Of a stretch of DNA of 64,000 nt, positions 45,480 through 56,900 are shown piece after piece. Below the pieces are notes generated by a model. That model searched no databases and was not told where the DNA came from. It saw nothing but the letters and a program-made list of their open reading frames with translations. Source of the DNA: Selaginella moellendorffii. Taxonomy: Eukaryota; Plantae; Lycopodiophyta. The translations under genes and the position numbers were made by a program. Position 1 is the stretch's first letter. The number at the start of each line of letters is the position of its first letter. The DNA lies in assembly GCF_000143415.4 (NCBI RefSeq), contig NW_003314266.1, positions 2,947,964 to 3,011,963 of the forward strand. The letters run 5' to 3'.

Positions 45480-47261
45480 ATGGAAGACGAAGAAGGGGCG
45501 CGCGATTCTACCAGTGGGAGAAAAAAGGCCACGGCAAGGTCGGCGCTCCTCGCTCTCCTAGACGCGGGGTTTTGCCGATTGGAAGAGCTCTCGCGAGTGC
45601 CACAGAAGGACGTCTTGGCGGCCGCGCACAGGCACAGCAGTGGCACGGTTTTTGGCTGGCTTATCGGGCTGGGTTTGATCGCCGAGCAGGAGAAGGTGGT
45701 CTACATCGGTGGGACGAAGCGATTCCGGCACCTTCTGAAGGAAGGAATGGTAACCAGCGATGGGCTTGTGTGTAGCTGCTGTGATGAGCTCTTCAATCTC
45801 TCGGGCTTTGAGGCTCACACCGGGAGCAAGCTTCGCCGACCGGCAGCCAACATCTTCGTGGGCGATGAGGCCCAGCTCTCCATCGCCGACTGCCAGAATG
45901 TAGCTTTCAAGATGGAGACTTTGGAATCACTACCGGTGCCCATGGCGAGTGTGGAGGAGATGGAGCGACGCGATGAGAATGAGGAGGAGGAGGAGGAGCT
46001 TCCCAGCAGCAAAAGGACCAAGCTTGACGAATCCTTTGGTACGTCGCCTAGCGTAGAAAAGGAAAGCTTTGCTTGCCAGACCAACTGCGATCCTTTCGAG
46101 TCGTGTGACTACTCGAAGATGCTCCCGCCGCTGGAAGCAAAGGCCGAGCTTTTCAACAGCGAGGGGCTTCCAGTGGCTCGCAGGCGGAAGTTCGATAGCT
46201 ACTGCCAGAGCGACGAGGACTCGGGCCTCACCACTGTCTCCTCCGGAAGCGACGTAGACTATGAGGCCGCCGCGAACAGCGATCAATGCTGCGGGATTTG
46301 CAACGAGGGTGGCGAGCTCGTGTGCTGCGAGACGTGCCCGTTAACTTTCCACATGGAATGCGTATCGCTGCTCGAAGTTCCCAAGGACGCCTGGTTCTGC
46401 TTTCGGTGCCTTTGCTGCCACTGCGGCGAGCCCCTGAGGACGCAGCCGTGCGAGCAGTGCGAGCGGTGCTTCCACCCGGGCTGCTGCGACGACGCCATCC
46501 TGGCCGGGGACTTTTTCTTCTGCTCCTCGGGCTGCTGGAACCTTTTCCAGAGGCTCGCGGAGATGGTGGCGACGGTGAATCCGCTGGGGCGATCGGAGCT
46601 CTCGTGGAGCTTGCTGAGGCGGGGCCGCTGCGACGACAAGCTCCTGGCGGAAGCTCTCCAGCTGATCTCGAGCCGGTTTGATCCGGTGCTGGATTGCTGG
46701 ACGCAGCTCGACTACCTGGATGCGATGGTGTTTAGCCGGAGCCACCACTCGCCGAGGCTCGACTTCAGCGGCTTCTACACGGCGGTGCTCCAGAGGGGGG
46801 CGGAGGTGGTCGGGGTGGCGGTGCTGAGGATCCACGCGGCGTGGCTGGCGGAGATGCCGTTCATTGCAACCAAGGCGGGGATGGAGGGGCAGGGGATTTG
46901 CCGCAGCCTCTTCACCGCGGTGGAGGAGATGCTGGCGCGGCTGGGCGTCGAGACGATGGCGCTACTAGCGGCAAAGGACACGGAGAAGATGTGGAAGAAC
47001 TCGTTCGAGTTCCACGCCGTGGATCGCAAGCTCAAGGCCCAGACGGTGGCGCTCGGCCTGGTGGCGCTCAATGGAGCGGGCTTCTTGCAGAAGAGCGTGG
47101 GCGTGGGCGAGAGGGGGTCGGATCATGAGGCGGCGGCGGAGGAGGTGGTGGTGGCGGCGAAGAAGCGGCGGCGTGGGAGGCCGAGGAAGGAGCAGAGCGA
47201 TGCGCCGGCAACGCCGCCAGCGACCAGGGCGAGGCCTCCGAGAGCAACCGAGGTTCACTAG
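45480..47261 (+). CDS. IDM1-like chromatin protein: TDBD/Tify-binding-like domain + PHD finger(s) + GNAT acetyltransferase + C-terminal AT-hook, intronless
   Basis: EGMVTSDGLVCSCC..LSGFEAHTGS, CGICNEGGELVCCETCP..FH..C PHD, RLDFSGFYTAVL, AEMPFIAT..GQGICR GNAT, RGRPRK. Confidence 0.88.
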   Translation: MEDEEGARDSTSGRKKATARSALLALLDAGFCRLEELSRVPQKDVLAAAHRHSSGTVFGWLIGLGLIAEQEKVVYIGGTKRFRHLLKEGMVTSDGLVCSCCDELFNLSGFEAHTGSKLRRPAANIFVGDEAQLSIADCQNVAFKMETLESLPVPMASVEEMERRDENEEEEEELPSSKRTKLDESFGTSPSVEKESFACQTNCDPFESCDYSKMLPPLEAKAELFNSEGLPVARRRKFDSYCQSDEDSGLTTVSSGSDVDYEAAANSDQCCGICNEGGELVCCETCPLTFHMECVSLLEVPKDAWFCFRCLCCHCGEPLRTQPCEQCERCFHPGCCDDAILAGDFFFCSSGCWNLFQRLAEMVATVNPLGRSELSWSLLRRGRCDDKLLAEALQLISSRFDPVLDCWTQLDYLDAMVFSRSHHSPRLDFSGFYTAVLQRGAEVVGVAVLRIHAAWLAEMPFIATKAGMEGQGICRSLFTAVEEMLARLGVETMALLAAKDTEKMWKNSFEFHAVDRKLKAQTVALGLVALNGAGFLQKSVGVGERGSDHEAAAEEVVVAAKKRRRGRPRKEQSDAPATPPATRARPPRATEVH

Positions 47262-47372
47262 GAATCCCACTCGGCATATACGATTTTTGAATATCGGATA
47301 TTCATTATGTTCCATGCCACGTGGAGATACTGGCTGACACTTGGCCAGCGGGTGGCAGAGGCCACGAACCAA

Positions 47373-47472
47373 NNNNNNNNNNNNNNNNNNNNNNNNNNNN
47401 NNNNNNNNNNNNNNNNNNNNNNNNNNNNNNNNNNNNNNNNNNNNNNNNNNNNNNNNNNNNNNNNNNNNNNNN
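47373..47472. other. Assembly gap
   Basis: Run of N. Confidence 1.
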
Positions 47473-47534
47473 AACAACGCATATTATTTGAAATTCGAAT
47501 ATTCTCAGCTTTGTTTTCCCGCGGGATTAACAGT

Positions 47535-49222
47535 TTAGAAGACTAGTCTGTAGGGAACCCCGGTGAAAGGGAGCCAATAGCCGCCCTGGATCAAGCCCCT
47601 CACGCTATACTCGAGCGCAGCTATGGTGTTGAGCTGCTTGGACCAGCCGACTCTCCCAATCGGGCTGGCGCCGGGGCCATAGTTGTGGAACTCGGCCAGC
47701 ACCACCGTGTCCAGCCCCAGCGTCCCGTTCCACGGCAGCCAGCCGCTGGGATCGATCACCACGTCCAGGTAGGACTCGATGAAGATGGCGCGAGCGTAAG
47801 GCTTCCAGGGGCGGCCCAGGAATCCCTGGTGCTTGCCGGGCTCCGCCAGGCGGGCCTCGAGGTACTCCGGGGTGCCCGAGATCCAGCAGCTCTGGCACAC
47901 AAAGGCCGTGTCCTGTGCCGGGTCCGTGCGGCCGTGCGCGGTGATGGTGCTCATGGTGTGGTTGGCGGCGCCGGGGCGGATCTGGATGTTGCAGTTCTGG
48001 AAGACGCTGGCGGCGTTGCCGAAGATGAAGTCGATGGTGCCGTAGATGGAGCAGTCCCTGTAGAACTGGCGGTACGCGTGCGTGTAGAGCGTGTCCTGGA
48101 ACCCCCAGAAGGAGCAGCGATGGATGGCGGCCATGTCGCTGTCCACTCGCATCGCCACTGCCTGGCCGCCTGGCCCGGCGGTGTTGACGACGGTGATATC
48201 GCGCATCAGGAAGCCATTGCCACTCACGGCTGTAAAAAAACGCTCGTTAGTCGTGGAGAAAATGAAAACTACGATCGAAGAACTCGAGCGAAAAGTTCTA
48301 GCGTACCTACAGTTGCGGTTCGATACGTCGAGATGCCCATCACGGTGCTCAGGTTTCCGGTGATCACGGTCTTGTTGATGCCGTCGCCGACGAACGCGAT
48401 CATGGTTTTGGTGCTGGGAATGCGGACGATCTCGTCGTAGACGCCTGCGGTGATGTAGATGGTGTACCTGCGGTTAAGGTGGTCGGGTGCGTCGTCCACT
48501 GCGGCTTGGATAGACGTGTGGCTTCCATAGTCGGGGTCGTGAGAAACCACGGCCTTCGCCACCGTTGCCTCGAGCTGTATGAGCTTGTTTCCATCGCGCC
48601 TCTCTCTCTCCATTTCTTTCAGGCTCCTGGCTACCACTGGAGTACGCCTCCAGGCCGAGAAATCGTCCCTGTTGGTCTCGAAGGCGTCGAGTGCCCAGAG
48701 TGCGTTGGTGATGAGTGGAATGCTCAAGTACCGGATGCGGCTGGAAACGGTGTCGCTAAACCTGGACAGATAGTCGTAGCAGTCGTTGTTGTACGTGAGC
48801 GCAGCACTGAGCCAATGCCGGACGTCGGCGAAGCTGTTGTTGCCTCGAAGTTCCCTTCCGAGCGAAAGCATCAAAACGTTCATGGAGCTTCCCAGGAGCT
48901 CTCGGATGTCTTCCAGTATCAGCTGCTTGCGAGAGGTGCTGTAGCCCATACCGTCCACGTCCAAAAGGCTCGAGTTCACTTGCTGAGACGCCAGCGTTAT
49001 CGAATACTTGACGAACTCGGCCGGCTCCCGGGCCGCCACCACCACATCGGGTAACAAAAGAAAGTAGTGCTTGCAGAGCTTGTCGAACCTGGTAGCACTG
49101 CAGGCCATGGAGATGTTCTTGAGGCCGTCACCGGTGATTGCGAAGGAGCTAGCGGCCTGACCTCGACAGCCGGAAAAAAAAATCTGTAGCACCAAACCCA
49201 CCGCCAGCACCACCACCATCAT
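47535..49222 (-). CDS. Pectin methylesterase with PMEI-like pro-domain, one intron 48230-48306
   Basis: WLSAALTY..DC pro-region; GVYDE, QAVAMRV, QDTL, DFIFG, LGRPW motifs. Start could alternatively be 49243. Confidence 0.93.
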
Positions 49223-49727
49223 TCTGTGGAGACCTGTCAGCATTCGAGCGGCTGTGTGGACCTTTTCGACGTATCTCCTGGCCGATGGAACCGAATTTAG
49301 TTGTAAAGTCAAAGAGTAACTGAGTTATAGCCTGCTTCCCATAGTCCCAAACTTTTAAGCTGGTTGCCAACACCGTCCATGCAGACGGCGCACGCGAATA
49401 GAAAAATGGCCTCACAGAAAGGCTATGCCCGTCTTCTAATGAGCCCCATACTAATGCGGTGATAGTCCGGCCCAGACCAACGTTGTGAAATCACCTAATA
49501 GGAGCCCCCAAGTTTTCTGGCAAAACGCAAAGACTGGTGCTGGAACCGGCAGATCGTTTGACCATCGGATGCAAAAGATGCATAAGTCCGAGCGAAGAAA
49601 CTGGATCGATCTGTATTTGTACAGTAAAATCATCTGGAGAAAGACGGCAGCATCAGCATATGTATACGGAAAATGCGTACCATTGAGCTACATCGAGGTC
49701 AAGGAAGAGAAAACCAAAACCAAGTAA

Positions 49728-50529
49728 CTATGTCGTGGTGTTTTCGTTGCTCCTTGAGCTCTTCTTCTCTTCCTCGACCTGTGCGAGAAGAGCTTCCAGC
49801 TCGGCCTCGGGCAGCTCTTGGTAGCGCTTCTGCCACATTTAAACAATGGAAACGAGAGAAAGAACGCTTGTTCCGTTAGAGAAATCGTAAATGGAAGCAA
49901 ATAAAAAAAAAGGAAAGGTACCTCCATCACTTTGAGCTCGTAGTCTTTGAGCTGCTTGGCGTAAGTCATGTCTTTGTTGGAGACCCGGAGAACATAGGAT
50001 AGGATCCATCCCACTGTGAGCCCAAGAACCATGACTAGCTGCACAACGTTGCCAGCCTTGAGGGAATCCAGTCCAATTAACTGCGACCGAAAGAGGTTTC
50101 AAGACAAACCTGTGAACGATCGCTAGACACATACCTCTAGTCCAGACTTTAAACCAAATCCAAAGATTGTGATTCCAATTCCAATAAGGAGAACGTCTTT
50201 CCTCGTGTAGCCAAACGCGGGCTGGAAGCGGAAGAACAAAATATTTGTTAGAAACCATGATCGAGCTCCGAAATCTCACAAAATCCTTCTACGATTCGAT
50301 AAAGAATCACACAGACCTTGTCTTCCGTCGCTCCAGACTCGCATTTTGCGATCAGTGAACCCCTCCTTCGTGTTCTTTGGAGTGTTCTTTGCAATGGAAA
50401 TCGATTTCTTCCCAAAGCGATGGCGCCGGATCCCGCCATTGGAGCAAGAGCCTGGGCGCCACACCTAGCCCCATGAATCGAATGCCGGAGAAGGATCCCC
50501 AGCGTCACAGCTGACGAAATTGCCGCCAT
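49728..50529 (-). CDS. DUF3007 family chloroplast membrane protein, multi-exon
   Basis: Transit peptide; FGYTRKDVLLIGIG...GWILSYVLRVSNKDMTYAKQLKDYE..MEKRYQELPEAELEALL. Confidence 0.85.
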
Positions 50530-50569
50530 AGCTAAAACACTGAGATACCCCTAAACGTGAATATCCCCA

Positions 50570-50665
50570 TTTTACGCTGACTCAGCCCTAGATTTTTTGC
50601 TAGCTGACTAGGATCCCTTTATGCTGACGCAGCCCTACATTCTTTCAAATGCTGACTAGGACTTT
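50570..50665. promoter_or_regulatory. Duplicated ~47-bp module with four GCTGAC cores in a divergent promoter
   Basis: GCTGACTCAGC (50576-50586), GCTGACTAGGA, GCTGACGCAGC, GCTGACTAGGA. Confidence 0.55.
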
Positions 50666-50692
50666 CATCTGCCCTAATTGTTCTTCCCGGCT

Positions 50693-52519
50693 ATGGTCGC
50701 CGCGGCGGAGGACGATCTTGACAAGCAACACGCCGACGAGGGCTACGACGAGCTCGACAGCTACATCCGGCGCAAGAAGAAGGTACCGTGCGGCGATGTC
50801 TATGAGGCCGCGAGGGCGGGCGACATCGATCGCCTCAAAATCCTGCTCGAATCGGGCATCAACGTGAATGCTCGGGACGAATGGGACTCGGTGGCGCTGT
50901 ATTACGCGTGCCTGGCCGGGCACGAGGACGCGGCCAGGATCTTGCTAGAGGGAGGCGCGATTTGCAGCGAGCACACGTTTGATGGCGATCGGTGCCACTA
51001 CGCGGCGCTGAATCTCAGGGTGAGGCGATTGCTCAAGCTGTTCGAGGCCCGGCCGCCACCGCTGGCGCCACTGCCGGATTCTCTCAGGGCCCTCTTCTTC
51101 CGGTCCGGCCAGAATCACAGGTTTCTCGATCCGACGCTGGGCGACACTGGGAATTTCGATGCTGACGAGCTGGGCGATCCAGTCGGGCCGGACATTGTGT
51201 TCTACGCCCAAGGGCAGCCGATCGCTGCTCATCGCGCCATCCTCTCGGCGCGCTGCCGGTTCTTCCAGCGAAAGTTTGAGAAAGAGTGGAAGTCACGCAG
51301 CGAGATCCGGTTCTCCAGGAACAGGCTCTCGTTCCACGCGCTCTTTCGGCTCATCAGCTTCTTCTACTGCGATGTCTTGGACGTGGCCGTGGACGACATG
51401 GAGGACTTGCTCAGGATTTGCAAGGTGTGTGGATGCTCGGGGCTCCAGAGGGTCCTCGAGAAGGAGCTCGTTCATCAAAAGTTTGCCGACTACAAGTCAC
51501 TCAACACCGACGATGACTCGCTCAAGAGGTTTATCATGCAAGGCTCGTCGCTGCCCGACGAGGAGAGACTGACTTGGGCGATGGATCGCCTCTTCAGCCT
51601 CTTGAAACATAAAAGTTTCGGGGAAGAGAAGGTTGATGGAGGCCAGGACTTTGCAGATATATGCTTTCTGGTGGAGGACACCAGTTTCAGATGCCATCGC
51701 GCGATTGTAGCAGCGCGGTCCGATTACCTGCGGACACGAATTCTCAGGATGGGAGAATTCAGTGGAGCTGTGTGTGTCCCGGAGGCTGATGGCTTGGAGA
51801 TTCTGGAAGAACGGGATTTGAGTGCCGACGTGTTTGGCAAGGTGCTCCGATACATGTAAGTTTTTCTCTTATATCTTGCTTTTCTCATTGTTTTCTTCTT
51901 TGGTTTCAGCTACACAGATGTCTTGGAGGAATTTGAACTTGAACAGGTAAGAACCTTAAATGGTGCTTTTGTTTTTGAGGTTCACTTGAGCGCTACAGGC
52001 TGAAGAACTTCTCGATGTTGCTTCAAGATATCTTTTGTTTCCTCTCAGGCGCGCGGTGGCGGACGCTGTATATCCACATTTGGAGAATGCGTCGCCAGCG
52101 GAGTTATGTAAATGGCTCCTTGTCGCAGACATGTACGTTGATCTTTCTCGCTTTGAGCCGGTGCCTAACAAGCTTGTTTTGACAGGTACGGGGTCACGAG
52201 AATCAGGGAATTTTGCCTTGATACCATCGCCGTGAATTTTGAAAGCTTTGCGGCTACATCGGAGTTTAAGGCTTTGTTACAAAGGCTTCCACCGCCATCA
52301 GGAGATACATCAACGAGAACCACGATACCAAACGCTCCGGGGGGTGTTAAAGACGACAGTCAAGGGAACTTACTGGACGATTTACGTGAAAGGTGGCTAG
52401 AGGCTGAAGGTGCAGAACTTGACCAGAGGGATGAAAGTGCCAGGGATTTTGACAAAGTGCTAGAGCTGCTTCGTTCAACCGCAGAGAATGACGACACGGA
52501 AAGTCTGGAACTGGTTTAG
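50693..52519 (+). CDS. Ankyrin-repeat + two BTB/POZ-domain protein (ABTB1/AT2G04740-like)
   Basis: [29 protein letters not shown] ankyrin; [15 protein letters not shown] and [16 protein letters not shown] BTBs; [12 protein letters not shown]-terminus; three short introns. Confidence 0.92.
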
Positions 52520-53782
52520 AAATCAGGCGGCTGCCTCAGTTCAGGCTTTATAATTACGGGTCTTCGAATCTTCACGTGTTCAAGCTCGGCCTGCTCAATA
52601 CGGATCAACTATGGGAAACGTCTCTCAAATCGCCGATTTTACCTCTGAGGTTCGAAGTGAGGATCGTCTTTTAATTTTGTCAAAGTTTTGCTGCACTTGC
52701 TCTCGAGAATTTTCGAGAATCGGTGCTAATACCAGAGCTGCAGATACCAGGTTATACAGCTATTACAGGATTCTTATACACTGATGAACCAACCAGCATT
52801 ATCAAGAGCCTGTTGAGCCGGCATGCCAATCACGTCTTCTATTCGGGTATTGTGCTGAGCTTCTTTGAGATCCTTTGCGCTGTTTGGACCTCTTGCTGAG
52901 GACAAACTTTCCAGCGAGCGTTCCAAAGTGGTTAGAAAGACGTCGCCGTATGAATCAGGATTTTGCTCGAGAGACTCTTCTAGACCGCTTGTGCTGAAGC
53001 CATCAACTTTCGTCAGGTTGGAGGTCTGTGATTTGGTCTTTTAACTTCGTACACACAATGATCTATGCTTACTACCTTGCTCGTTTTGTGTCAGCATCGG
53101 CACTACGCATGCGGAGCTCTTTCAACTTTGGCAAGGCAGTTTTCAGTTTCTCTTCGAGGTGACTTTGAAGCTTGCAGCATTGATTTTGCGATATGTTCAA
53201 GAACATCAACGACTTGGGGAGTTCCAGATCTGAAGAAGCACATGAACAAAAGGTTTCGGAGTAGAAAGCCCGCTCACCTGGATCAACGTGGCTGATAGAA
53301 TTGTTGGAGGCGTCAAGGAAAGCGAGCTTTGGCAGTGATTGCAGACCTTGCAAACTGGTAAGGTGGTTCCCAGAAACGGTGAGGAATTGCAGGTGCTTGG
53401 CGGCTTCTATGCCATTCAAGGTTGTGAGCTCGTTCTTCAGTAAAACAGGTCAGGTTATTTCAGAAGGATGGACAGATAGTGGACTACTACCTCTTGGAGA
53501 TATAGGCTGGTTAGATTTCGTAGGCACAGGAAGAAGGCAGGCTCTAGTAACAGGATGTGCTCACGGTCAAGACGAACGTGTGTTAGTCCTTTCAAGGCTT
53601 CTTCTCTGGTTGGACAGCAGTGAGTTTTCAGAGCCCGAGCTAGCCAAGGTAACTCACATTGCGTGTGCGGATGCTACGTCCAAGAACTGGGATGGGAGGT
53701 TCCTTTCGGCAACCATGGCAGCCCAAAGAGCCATTGCTTCTCTTCGAAGATGAAGCTCTTCCTGCCAGTCTCGTTCTTCCAT
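52516..53782 (-). CDS. LRRC46: LRRC46-like leucine-rich-repeat protein (cilium/sperm-flagellum associated family), multi-exon
   Basis: [55 protein letters not shown] parallel the LRRC46 motifs (ALITKRNL, VRLDRE, NLHSLYLQGN, EFPQSLLILNLSGNSC). 3' exon structure inferred manually. Confidence 0.7.
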
Positions 53783-53998
53783 GGTCCGTGCCGTCTCTGT
53801 GCTTCGAATTTGAAACTTAACCGCGAAAGGTGAAATCGCCGGCTGTTCGGCCGACGGTTTCGACGGTTGTTTGTCAGGTAAAGAATGTATGTTTTTTACT
53901 TCTCAAAAGTGTCTATACAGGCCGAAGGACGCCGGAGCATTGCTAAACGCAACTTGGTCTCGATGATGATGGGAGGAGCTATTGCGAACTCAGGTATG

Positions 53999-56900
53999 TC
54001 ATCGTTCTTCGGGCTTGTTCTTATCACTCCTCCGGCTGGCTGCTTGTTCCTTTGTTCGATGCATCATATCTTCTCCACTCCCAGCTGCGTTTTCAAGCTT
54101 CGAAAGAACCGCGTCCTTAGCTGACTGAATGAAGCTCTTACTCCGCTCCTGCCTGTCGTGAACAGTCGCCTGGACGTTCTCTCGAGTGTCGTTGATGTAC
54201 TGCTTTGTTGCGTTCCATGCATCCGCTGTGCCTTGAGAAGCCTCATCCTTTTGCTGCCTTAGCATCTGTCCTGCGTTGTACGCTGCTTGTTCTATTTTCG
54301 CGAGCCCAGACTGTAGAAGTCCCCGCTGGTCTTCGGCTTTCTCTTTAGATTCGTTGGCTGTTTCTGTTGCTCTGTGACGAGCATCATCAGCTACTTGTCT
54401 GTGCTGGTGCGCCCTGTCGTGTGTACTTCCCAGCATGTCCTCGGCTTTGAGCTTTCCTTTCTCTCTTGTTTCCTCAAGCTTTTCCTTGGAGACTTGAACT
54501 GTTTCTTTTGCCTTGCCAAATATGTCTTCGGCTTTGAGCTTTCCCTTCTCACGCAGCTCCTCGTCCGCGCGTCTGGTGTTTTCACTCTTTTCGTATGTAT
54601 TCTCTCTCGCTTTGCCGAGCATGCCCTCTGCTTTCAGTTTTCCCCGCTCCCGAATTTCTTCGTCTTTGCGTCTGGTTTCCTCACTTATCTCGCTGCTTTT
54701 TTCTCTTGACTTGCCAAACATGTCTTCTGCCTTTAGCTTCCCTCGCTCTCGTAGCTCTTGGTCGCTTTGAGCTCTTTCTGCAGTCTGTAAGGTTATTAGA
54801 GAGTGATTCGATCAAACTGTAAACTGTTTTACCCAATCTTTCACAGCTTGCAACAGTCCCATGTCCTTGACCTCCTCAGCGGCGTCATCTGCCGTGTCAT
54901 AAACGCCTTTTCCTACCTTTCTGATTCGATCAGATGCCTCATCGCTGCTAATGTTTATCCTCGTTTTGAGATCGTCCAGTGCTTCTTCAGACTTGGCTTT
55001 GGCCTGTGATATCTTTTCTTGTACGAAGCCTTTTCCTTGCTCCGCCCGGGCTTGTGCTTCATGCTTGGCTCTATCAGCGGTCTCTTGACTGGTCTTTTTC
55101 GTCTCGTGCCACCTCCCCTCGGACCTGTCACCAGCGTCTTGGCCTTTCGTCTTAGCCTCGACGACACCTTTTACTCCACCTGCAAACTTTCGAGCCTGTT
55201 ACAACGTTTAGTTATAAAGTTTACCTCTCGTGCTGTCGCTTGTTTCTCTGGACCTCTCTTTTGTTTGATCTGCAGCCTCATGACCTTTATCTCTGAGTTC
55301 TCGTCCTTGGTCGGACTCTCCCGTCACGAATGCTGCTACTGATTGTGCCATGGACTGGATGAAGCCTTTCTCTTCGTAAGCTTTATCTCTTGCTTGATCA
55401 GCAAACTGCCGTCCTTTGTGTTGAACCTCATCCAAAGTTTCTCGACCTTTTTGCTTGGCTTCATTGGATGTGCTTTTTGTTCTCTCTTGCATTTCTCGTC
55501 CCTTATCTGATTCACGAGTTCGTTACAGACTTCATGAAGCCTTTGTTATGAACTTTACCTTTCGCCGCGTCTGCTGTCTCTTNNNNNNNNNNNNNNNNNN
55601 NNNNNNNNNNNNNNNNNNNNNNNNNNNNNNNNNNNNNNNNNNNNNNNNNNNNNNNNNNNNNNNNNNNNNNNNNNNNNNNNNNNNNNNNNNNNNNNNNNNN
55701 NNNNNNNNNNNNNNNNNNNNNNNNNNNNNNNNNNNNNNNNNNNNNNNNNNNNNNNNNNNNNNNNNNNNNNNNNNNNNNNNNNNNNNNNNNNNNNNNNNNN
55801 NNNNNNNNNNNNNNNNNNNNNNNNNNNNNNNNNNNNNNNNNNNNNNNNNNNNNNNNNNNNNNNNNNNNNNNNNNNNNNNNNNNNNNNNNNNNNNNNNNNN
55901 NNNNNNNNNNNNNNNNNNNNNNNNNNNNNNNNNNNNNNNNNNNNNNNNNNNNNNNNNNNNNNNNNNNNNNNNNNNNNNNNNNNNNNNNNNNNNNNNNNNN
56001 NCCTTTTTGTCTAGCCTCATCCGAAGTTTCTCGGCCTTTTCGCTTGACTTCATCAGCTGTGCTTCTCGCTTTGTCTTGCATCTCTCGCCCCTCGTCTGAT
56101 CACCGGTGACGAATGCCGTGACTGAGTCTGTGAGTGAGTGCATGAATCCCTTCTCCTCTTGCGCTTTACCTCTCGTTGCATCAGACATCTCTTGTCCTCG
56201 CTCTTTCACGTCTTGAGTTTTTTGCTTCGACTGGTCAGCAAATTGTCGACCTTTGTCCCGAGCCTCAGCAGCGTGGTGTCCCGACTTTCCTCTTGCTTGA
56301 TCGACAACATGCTCTCCTTTTTCTCGAGCCTCATTCGAAGTTTCTCGGCCTTTTTGCTTGGCTTCATCGGCTGTGCTTCTCGTTTTGTCTTGCATTTCTC
56401 GTCCTTTGTCTGATTCTCCAGAGACAAGCACGGTCAGTTATTGCATAAATCCCTTCTCTTGTCTAGCCTCACATTTTGCTGCATCAGCCATATCTTGTCC
56501 TCTCTCTTTCACGTCTTGAGATTTTTGTTTCGACTGATCGGCGAACTGCTGGCCCTTTCGTTGAGCTTCACCCGAGGTCTCGTGAGCCTTCTGCTTCGTT
56601 TCATCAACTTTTCCCCTGGTTTTCTCCTGCATCTCTCGTCCCTTGTCTGGTTCACCCGTGACAAACGCAGTGACCGAGTCGGTTATGGACTGCATGAATC
56701 CCCTCTCCTCTTGAGCTTTACCTCTCGTCGCATCAGCCATCTCGTGAGACTTTTGTTTGGTCTCGTCGGCTTTCTCCCTCGTTTTATCCGCAGCCTGCTT
56801 GCTTTTCTCCCGAGCATCGTGAGACATTCTATCGGCCGTGTCTTTCATTCTATCCCGGATCTCCCGTCCTTCCTCTGATTCACCCGAAAGAAACGAGCTT

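Noticed and set aside
55455-56450. Frameshifts and a stop in the LEA gene as programmed recoding or pseudogenisation
   Set aside because: They cluster beside the N gap and look like dropped bases in low-quality contig ends within a repeat array.
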